From NCBI GenBank assembly GCA_049724395.1, contig JAUGWO010000069.1, positions 124,001-188,000 of the forward strand: a stretch of 64,000 nt of DNA, read 5' to 3'. The stretch is from Spongospora subterranea f. sp. subterranea. Lineage: Eukaryota. Each line of letters starts with the position of its first letter. Positions within the stretch are counted from its first letter, which is position 1. Positions 52,001-61,062 of the stretch are shown in pieces. The notes beneath the pieces are model-generated. The model ran no database searches. It was given only the letters and a program-made list of their open reading frames with translations, and had not been told where the DNA came from. The position numbers were made by a program, and so were the translations under genes.

Positions 52001-53107
52001 TCAGAACGATTGCTGCCATGCCAATCAGAGCGAGAAAAAGGCTTCTGACGATAACTAGCATACAGACGAAGACCAGAGAAACAGAAACAGCGACCAACGC
52101 AATGTCTTGCCAAATCGCTGACATTACCTGCAACTATGCTGAGCCTATATCCGGTGTGCGGCGAAAGCTTCTCGTACCTGGGTTTGAAGAATATCTCCAC
52201 CTTCAAAGAGAACCCGAACATACGGAGTCGATAACCGCTCCAAGAACGGTATCATATCGTTGAGTTTGGACCGAAGAGCTACTTCCTGAACTTTGGTGGA
52301 TTTACCGTTTTTCGCCAGTCCAAGATCGAACTGGGACACCAGCGTGCTCGACTGTCTATTAGTTGTGGTTGTCCACCTGTCAAATAATTCCCAGGCATTG
52401 AGTTCAAAGGCAGTACTGATTGCCTGGCTGAGAGATGATGTAGCATTCATGCTTTCCCCGTCGTATCTCTTGTTGTTTCCATTAAGTGTCGCATACTGTA
52501 TCTTTGTCAACGAATTGGGACGGCGACATTCCCCAAATCCGCCTTGGCGGCAAATACTGGCAAATATCGGGTTAGAAATTATTCGGTTTTCCACATCGCG
52601 AGTGAATGCCACATTATCGTCGTTCAGCATGTTCTCAGAGAGGAAAACAATAGACAACGACGCAGAAGAGGGACTCGTCCTTAACGGTGAACTGTCCAGC
52701 ACCGTGAATTCAGCTAGAGATGAGCTGATCTGTTCATAGGTGAAAGGCATAACCGCCTTGAGTTTGTTATAGTTATGCGACCATTCTGGCATTTCATAAT
52801 CGATACTCAAATCAATATAGAGCGGCGTTGACTTGTTCATGTAGTACACGGCTACTCCACTCAACAATGCTGGGATTATGCATAGAGTTGCAGCAACAAA
52901 TACGTGTCGTTCAATTAAGCGGAAGGCAGGGCCGGCTGATGGAAGAATTTTGACGTTGGGCGGTGGAAGAATTTGACTCTGCGATAATCTTTCTGCAATG
53001 ATGTGGCGATCAGTCCAGATTCTAAGGCCATCGGTTTGTGCCGGCTGCACACAAATTTTGCCATCTATGGCAGATTTCGAACTTGCGCCAAGTGGAAAAA
53101 CGTTCAT
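49053..53107 (-). CDS. Dispatched/Patched-family RND sterol-sensing membrane protein with EGF-like repeats in its second luminal loop
   Basis: TM4 LLGIIADDFFV (GxxxDD), TM10 MVGICVDFQLH, two 5-TM bundles; EGF-like CSGHGDC...CQCHTGFAGDYC and CNGHGTC...CVCNDQYSGEDC. Confidence 0.85.
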
Positions 53108-53862
53108 GAGGTGTAATCTTCAGGACGGTAATCTAGACTGTCTGACTCCCATGGCGAAAAATGGACGGTTGTGACGGATAGCGCTTGCCATCGACGAATT
53201 GACGTCATCATTTTCCAGGCGGCACACTTTCATTTCATTGCACGAACTCCGTTTTGTCAGTTTAGATTCATCCCTGGATTTTTAACCTTGTCGATCGACA
53301 ACTGCATCATAGGTAGATGGAAAACTTCGGTCTGGTACATGATTAAGGAAGCGGGATTGATGGCTGCTGATATGGGCGATTTGTTTTCAAAATTTCAGTT
53401 GATTGTGATCGTATTGATCGGCGTTTACTTTCATAGTTAAAGTCCGTTCTCTCCTGTCTCCCTTGGTGCTGCCCATTGAACAGCCACGCTTGACCACACA
53501 AGGGAGCACCAAAACAGCCCACGGGAAGAGAGCAGAGGTTCGTTGAACAGACCTTCATTGACAAAGCACAAGCCCGTCGAATTAGCGAATTGATAAAATG
53601 GACTGTTGAAAAATACGGGAAATATTGACTACAGTACGTATCGTAAGGCTGTAATCCTCAGCCCCCCCCCCCCCCATATGGGGAATTCCTTCTCGATAAT
53701 ATGTCCAGTAGAGATTATCAGTCAAATAGTTAATAGTCGCAATCCCAAGATTGGTGTTCCTCAGGGGTCGGCACATTGCTGGGGGGAAATACAGCCAGAG
53801 GAAAATTGGCTATTACTATCAAACTGACGGGGGCGGATTCGCCGGTAAGGGCAGCCTTGAGC

Positions 53863-56754
53863 ATGAACCCCGACCAGAACCGCCCCGTGTACGATCATCT
53901 CCAGCTTGCATCTAATGTCGACCTCTTGAATCTGTTCGATGAATTGCGGCTGGAAAATGGGGATGACGACGTAGAATCTGTGAAATTCGCTGCTGTTGGT
54001 TTCAAAATCAATGCGATGTCCCGCCGGCAATGTCGAGTTCTTGTCATTACCGATAAAGCTTTGTACAATTTCAAAAGAGATTCCTACACCAGCTTCAGAA
54101 GGCGAGTACCGCTGGAGCAGATTAGTGGAATAGTGATCGCCAGAGAATCAAATGAGGTCGTATTTCAGATCATCGGTAAGAAAACATCTTACAAAGACCC
54201 AACAATCGAATTTTGAACCCAAATGTAGGTGGGTATGACTACAGATATACAATTGATAATCGGTTGGGCGTGGTTGAGATCACTGGCATATACTATGAGC
54301 TACTAACCAAGAGAAAGTTCCATGTCTGCATTAGCGAGGAAAACAGCTTGTCGCGATATGTCCTGACTAAAACCGAATGGAAACACGCCGCACCAGAATT
54401 GATCCAAAGGGTGAAAACCACTCGACTCTCTGGCATGCTAGTGAGACTCTAACGGCTTGCAACATTTGCTTTAGAGATCCACAATTCAACGGCCCGAAAA
54501 AATTTATCAGTCATCTAAGTCATCGAATCATTGGAACTCTCACAGACTCAGACAGAATCTGAGGAATATTTTCAGCCGACGTCACGGCTCCGATTCTATT
54601 CTCAGGCACGGATGGTTATCTCGTCTCGAGGGTGGTGGCTGGAACCTATATTTCGCAATCATAAAAGGCAAGAATTTGAGCCTGTCTGGAGCGCGGCAAA
54701 AGGGCGTACTCGAGACTTCAGCCTGTGAACTCATAAGTGAAAGTTCCAGCGATCATAGCCGAATTGGAGGCGATACTGCAAGGAATTTCCTTAATAGATT
54801 CGCGAAAGGTAAAAATTGTTTACCATTTCTGCAATTACAATAATACGTTCTGTAGATGAGCATCCTTGCCATTCCTTTACGATCTCGTTTGAAAAAAGCA
54901 AAAAACGATTTCGCTTGGGTGCCAGTGATAGCAGAGATATTGATCTCTGGAGCAAAGCTTTTGCAGAGTCGGCTCACGATGACCGAGTGAATAAACACGG
55001 ATGGCTATTTAAACAAGTAGGGAATGATCAAAATTGGCTGCAGCAATATTGACTCTTGTGATTCAGGGAATTAATAAAACAGGATGGCGTCGACGGTATT
55101 TTGTTCTTTCAGAGCAAAAATGTCTGGATTTGTACTACCAGTTTTTTGCTTTCTGTTAACTTAATTTTTCCAGGTTGGTACTATGAGATGGACGTAATCC
55201 TTGAAATTGAGCTAAAATCATTTCATGCGGGTGCTCTGGGAGATGCGTTTGCCAAAACAGTGCAAGGTAGGTACTGGATTGAGTGCAGCTGCTGCGTTTT
55301 GAATACAATTTAAGTCGGCGGCTACGGGATTAATTCTTTGTCTTCGAGCGGTTTTCCGTATCGTTTCATCGTCAGAGATGGGCGCCACATCCATCACTTG
55401 GCCGCTGATTCTTTAGAAAGCAGAATTGAATGGATTGTTGCTATTGGAGCTGCATGTGGAGTATATACATGCCTTTTAGGAACTTTTCTTTTTTCTAAAA
55501 ATTCGTTTAGGTGAATTCGGAGCAAATTGCCTCTCCTAACACGACCATCATGCAGAAATCTGCTCAACTTTTTCTAGAGAACTTAAGTCAAGTTGCACCA
55601 GAAAATCAGGTATTTAACAGGGTCGTTTATGAATATGTAATGATGCTTAAAATATAGGTGACTCTTGTGGTTTCTGATGTGCAAGGCTCCACTAGGCTAT
55701 GGGAAAAAGAGCCACATGCAATGAACGATGCACTAGAAAGCCATGTTAGTCCTAAAATTTATTCGTCGGGCAACAAGCAAACTGTTTTTGTAGGATGACG
55801 TTCTGCGTCAAGCGTTGAAGACTTTCAACGGTTATGAAGTCAAAACTGAAGGAGACGCTTTCATAATCGCATTCTTTGAAGGTTTGTATTACTGTTGTAA
55901 TTTTTTTATTGAATCCCATCGTGTCCGTTGTAGTTATCGATGCGATCCAGTGGTGTGTCCATGTGCAAACTCTGCTGTTAAAAGTCAACTGGCCGGCGTC
56001 TTTACTTCGATGGAGAGACGCAGAAGTAGTCGAAACTGACAATCATTCAGAGGGATGCGCAGGCGACGCGGCCGAAAAAACAACCATATTTTCAGGTCAA
56101 CAAAATCCCCGCGTATTCGATAGCTGACAATGGGTCAGGTCTTCGCGTCAGGATGGGGATTCACGTAGGAAATCCAACAAGGAGGCGAGATATCATGACA
56201 AACCGCATGGATTACAGTGGTCCCGACCTCATTCTCACATCTCGTATTAGCAATGCAGCTAACGGGGGGCAAATCCTAACCAGCGAATCCGTGCATCACG
56301 TATGTTTACTGACTTCTGTTGGAAAAATCAACTCAAGTTCCATAAGGCTCTTCAAACCCTTCACGACCGAAAAGGAATACCGCCATTGGAAAGACTACCA
56401 TCTGTATACAGACTGCACGAAAGAGCAGCCGATGTAGTTTCACTTTACGAAATTTGGCCACATGGTAAAGCAACGGTGAAAAACGCGTCTTCATTTGACT
56501 AAAAAATGCAGGATTGCGGAAAAGAAAATCGCTCCTACCTCCATTGAGAGCACAAAAAATATCTACAAACGACGTCAATCACCTAGAAGATACGCAACGC
56601 ACCTCGTAAGTATGCAAGGTTTTCAATCATGAAATCTTAGATATACTACAGGAATGAAACCACAAATTTGTATATACAACTCCCGAAAAAAGATTGTCGC
56701 GAACAGTGTCCCGACTCACCGGGACCGAAATCGCCGATTTCAGAACTGACTTAA
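53863..56754 (+). CDS. Class III adenylyl-cyclase-domain protein with N-terminal myosin TH1-like and two PH domains
   Basis: KIN..RRQCRVLVITDKALYNF (TH1), HGWL...DLWSKAF and KHGWLFKQG..GWRRRYFVL...EWIVAI (PH), then VSDVQGSTRLWE, YEVKTEGDAF, GLRVRMGIHVG, RMDYSGP and RISNAANGGQI. Confidence 0.88.
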
Positions 56755-56820
56755 TACACTAAAATATTTTTCTTATTCCTTTTTACTATATGCAACCGGG
56801 ACTAATTACGAATTGCGCTT

Positions 56821-58369
56821 TCAATCAAGCCTATCGAACTTTTTCCCTTGAATTTGAGGATTCAACTGTTGTAGCCGGACTTTGTGTGCCCGACGGAAAT
56901 TGAAAGTGCAATCGTGGTCGAGCGTCGATCGATGATTTGAGCAGAAGATATAGCCGCATCGACAGGCAACTGCTGTCAAAGGGATTTTTTTGGAGCAAGC
57001 CCAACACTTTCGAAGGTCGACTTGGATTGGTCGAGGAGAGCAGCCTTGCTGAAACCACCAAATTGCTCGTAGTTTTGCCTTCGCCCTTTGAAGAGGTAGC
57101 CACCAAGTCCGACTCACCCAGCTGCCTATGATAAATTCATTCAGCGTGTTAGAAAAGCAATCAGAGCCTCAAAACCCGTACTTTTCCTTCTTTCTTCTCT
57201 GTCATGCCAGCACTTGTTACAAAGCTTATCTTTGCTAGGATTTCCAAAGTTGACACAACCTTGTGATATGCATTCTGCTGAATTCGTAGCTGGGTCTTTT
57301 CCAGCCAATCGAGATCTGACATTAATCTCGGTTATTTATTACCATAAAATACATCAAACAGCTCGTACCTGAAGCAAAGAGAACAGTAATCGTCTGTCTC
57401 CGGATTACCAAAAAATCCACAGCGACCAGCACACTGCTTTCGAGGTCCAGCATCATCGGGTGGTTGTGACAATTCAAAATCAATTTCCTAAACAAACAAT
57501 TGAAGAACACACGTACGCGTCTGAATCAGAAGATACCGTAGTCTTGGCATCAAGTTTCAAGATTACGCCTTTAAAAAATTCCACGTTCACGTCAGGTCCA
57601 ATTTCTAAGACGTCATCGTTCATTGCCACAAACCCAATCGTCTTCATGAAGGCGAGCACTCTTGGAACATCCCCTATGAACTTCTTGTATGCAAAATTTT
57701 TCATTAAAACCCGCCTATCGAGTACAAATAAGATTGAATTAATGCGAAACATCGAGATCCAAGCAGCACCTTGATTTGATATTTGCGGGATTTTTGAGAA
57801 TGTTCTCAAGAATCTTTCGGATATGTGCAAATGAAGTCTTCATGGCGAGTTTTCTCATTCTGGTGTCTAAAGTCTGTTTTAACTCAAAAAGCTCCTAATA
57901 CATGAAAATATGCTTAGTACACAAGGAGATATGGCATTTTGAAACACAGGCAACCTTATCGATGGCGGCATCGTGAGCAAGGGCGTGCCCCATTGACAGA
58001 AAAAAGTTTGTCTTCAGATCATCACTTGGCAACTCGGTGCGAATTCCGTTATACCGTGCTTGATGATCTCTAGACACCATCTGCGAAAACCAGTTGACAA
58101 TCAAAACAGCGTATTTCGCGTTGCCACCGACCTCAGTAATCTTCAGCTTCTGGGAATCGTCAATATCTGGCATTTCCGGATTCGTTTCTGAAACAATAAA
58201 CATTAGACATCTAATTGTTGAAAGGGCCCACAATTGGCACAATGAGATCAGCACAAAACTTCCAAGTTATACGATCAAGACAAAATCAAAGAACAATTAA
58301 GCCGAGCATACTCGAATCTTCATCAGAAACTATGAACGATTCGGCGTTGGTAGATTGGTCACCATCCAT
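56821..58369 (-). CDS. PUB-domain protein with two A20-type and one AN1 zinc finger
   Basis: KILENILKNPANIK..R...FMKTIGF (PUB), CAGRCGFFGNPETDDYCSLC and CISQGCVNFGNPSKDKLCNKC (A20), CWACSKK...CRCGYIFCSNHR..DHDC (AN1); start uncertain. Confidence 0.82.
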
Positions 58370-58867
58370 AATAACATGCAAAAAAAATATCCGGACGTGG
58401 TTAATTGTATTTGCCGACCGTTATTGTGTGAAGTGAAATATAAGGGGAGTAGTGTGGTGAATAGGAATGAGATGGTAAGCTGTCAAAACAGGCAATGAAG
58501 AGTTGCGATTGTGAAGTGACGATGCCTTGTCTATCCCTGGACGGACAACCCCACCAACCACCACGGTTAATGGACCAGATCGTACCAAATGTCCGTCAAC
58601 CACTTAATATCGTTGCGATCAAGGGGGGGGCAGGAGGGGGAAGATTCATGCGCTAAACCAATGGAGAGAACGGGATGTGGCGGCCGTTCAATCAATAAAA
58701 CCCCTATGTAGAGGGAAGTGGTATATTGATTATTGCAATACCCAGAGAAGTAGTAGTGCCCGATCAATCAATAAACCCTTATGTAGAGAGAATCGGTATA
58801 TTATTGCGATTCTCGGGTAATAAACCCATGTGTAGAGAGAAGCGGTTTTATTACTCCTGAAACTAAT

Positions 58868-60004
58868 CAGAAATACACCATGGGCGCACTTATGATTTGC
58901 ATCGCCCGGTTATCATGAAGCGGTGGTTTTCAATAAATCGACGGATTCGCATTTGCGGTGCAAATCCCAACGTAATTTTTGATTGGCGTCGTTCAGTTTT
59001 CTCGATGTTATTCCAATGGGTGAATACATCCTAACTTTGTTTTTTATTATCCCATCTTGATGCCGATATGAGCCCATGTGTTTAAAATCGTATTCATGGA
59101 AATTTGGCGTACGATGTCGAAATCCACGCTGCAACATCCAGCCGCCCTGGTTTTTGACCAGCCTACCGACCTCGCAAGCACTTTTTCGTACTCCGATTTT
59201 GTATACAACTTGCAGGGGCGGGTTAATCCCGACATCAAGCACCTGTAGATTACTGTACTCGTACACCTGGGGACAATGCCTTGGATTAACCGCCCCTTCA
59301 AGTTGTATACAAAATCGGAGTACGAAAAATTTTGGCGAGGTCGGCAGACTGGTCAAAAACCAGGGCGGCTGGATGTTGCAACGTGGATTTCGACATCGTA
59401 CGCCAGATTTCCATGAATACGATTTTAAGCACATGGGCTCATATCGGCATCAAGATGGGATAATAAATAAGAGAGCTAGGATGTATTCACCCATTGGAAT
59501 AACATCGAGAAAACTGCATGACGCCATTCCAAAATTGCGTTGGGATTTGCGCCGCAAATGCGACTTTGTCGATTTAACGTATAACGAAGTGACTTCTGCG
59601 AAGCGACCGACAAATCTATCCTTTACTGACAGGTAAGATTTGGGTAAGAGTCCTATTCTGCAATTCTCAGCGCCATCCCATATTGAGACCGCGGCTATAG
59701 CACTTTGCGTGTTGTCGTCAGGGCCTTTGCAAGGTATGATTCACTATTTGCAGGTAATCCATGACAAGATAGAGTAACACCGCAACCTTCAACACGAACT
59801 TCATGTAAACGAATTACCGCTCCAGAAACTATAAACGCCCCGCAAACATCATGCGAACAGCAAGAACGACCGTTGTCCGAAGCTCGAAAACCAAACATCT
59901 TGAAGTCAGATGTCCATTCCACATCCGACATGGGCGGCTATAATTCACTGGCCGCACTAACTGGCCGCAGTTTCTTGGCCAGTTAGTGTGGCCAGTGTTA
60001 TCTG
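58868..60004. mobile_element. Rearranged pogo-type element: inverted duplication of the transposase 3' end plus a cargo gene
   Basis: Arms about 58934-59236 and 59276-59576; DDE_1 motifs LQVLDVGIN and KPGRLDVATWIS..QISMNTILSTWAHIGI. Right end ...GGCCAGTGTTATCTG-TA; similar left end CAGAAATACACCATGGGCGCACTTA. Confidence 0.75.
59439..59931 (-). CDS. Small spliced HIRAN-like protein with GRSCxxHxxCG motif (transposon cargo)
   Basis: Removing the GT-AG intron 59725-59786 gives one open frame MSDV...GRSCCSHDVCG...EGPDDNTQSAIAAV..DGAENCRIGLLPK...RRKSQRNFGMA. Confidence 0.65.
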
Positions 60005-61062
60005 TAGGCCCATCCAATATGGGCAGATATTCCACACAAACTGCGGGTGTTGAATCAATAAACCCCTATGATGTAGAGAGAAGCGGTATATTATCACAGC
60101 AACACACGGGGAAGTAGCGGCTGTTCAATCAATAAACCCCTACAGGTAGAGAGAAGCGGTATTTACTGTATGTCTATCACAGCAGTACCCGGGAAAGTAG
60201 CGGGGATAGCGACCGCCCGCTATAGTGTGGCGCCCAACTAACACCAAAAAGAAAAAATGCAAAGAGAATTAATGTATCAGCTCAATACTTTTGTCTAAAT
60301 GCAAAACACAAATTTAGGCGATTACGAATGATTGGCGTCAAAAGCGGCGAGAAGCACTGGTCAAACACAAAAAGAACCATAGAGGATAAGGAGACCGTTA
60401 AGACATGCAATACCATAGCTATTACGCTTTGGACGAGTTTTTTAGCATTAAAATGTCATGGCCATCGTTTTCTCTATTGCATTTCAAACTCTACATTTTG
60501 AACTGACCTCCAGCTTCTACCGCGCATTACATCTCTGATCTCGCATTTTGGCTAGCTGTCATTTGCCAATATAATCGTTTGCAGGTCAACGGTGGCACGA
60601 TATCTAAGACTTTCGGGGATTATCGGTTCAAGTAAGATATCATAACCAAGCCTACAATCCCTTGAATCAGCACGTATTATCGCGCGGAGACATAACCCTT
60701 GATCGTGGAATGCACTTCTGCCCCCGTCCCTGTAAAGTAGATACATCACGACGCGATCCAGTAAATGTCCACAGGGAACGCGTTCTCAGATCCCCTGGTA
60801 TCAAAGAAGGTTGTGCCAGCTGCTGACATGTTTCGCACAGATGGGGTTATGGACGTCCAAGGTCGTCTGTAAGTATAACAGACACGATACGCACTACGTA
60901 TAAGTATAACCCCATGAGGAATGTGAAAAGGGCTCCCCCACACACTACCGGCACTAAGAGGGGTACTGCTATCCCCATTTCCGTTAATACGAGGTTCGAA
61001 CGCGCCAGGCACCGACATCCAACAGTGCCGCCTGCATATCACACCGCTCGTGGTACTGGCCC

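Larger units (their letters stand above)
58686..60226 (+). repeat. Degenerate tandem array of about 75-bp units (TCAATCAATAAACCCcTATGTAGAGAGAAGCGGTAT core), split by an inserted element
   Basis: Units near 58686, 58762, 58820, 60049 and 60123; terminal stem TAGCGGG/CCCGCTA at 60198-60222. Confidence 0.75.

Noticed and set aside
49053..53107. A Hedgehog pathway cluster (Dispatched, Fuzzy, IFT56)
   Set aside because: No Hedgehog, Smoothened or Gli gene is present, and these families predate the pathway
53662..53676. Poly-C run between the divergent Dispatched-like and cyclase genes
   Set aside because: Simple homopolymer with no further evidence of function
58913..59636. Mirror ORFs of 173 and 186 aa as genes
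   Set aside because: They are by-products of the palindrome; the meaningful frames are the transposase remnant and the cargo gene
58686..60226. Spaced ~35-bp cores as a CRISPR-like array
   Set aside because: The intervening sequences resemble each other, so this is a degenerate tandem repeat
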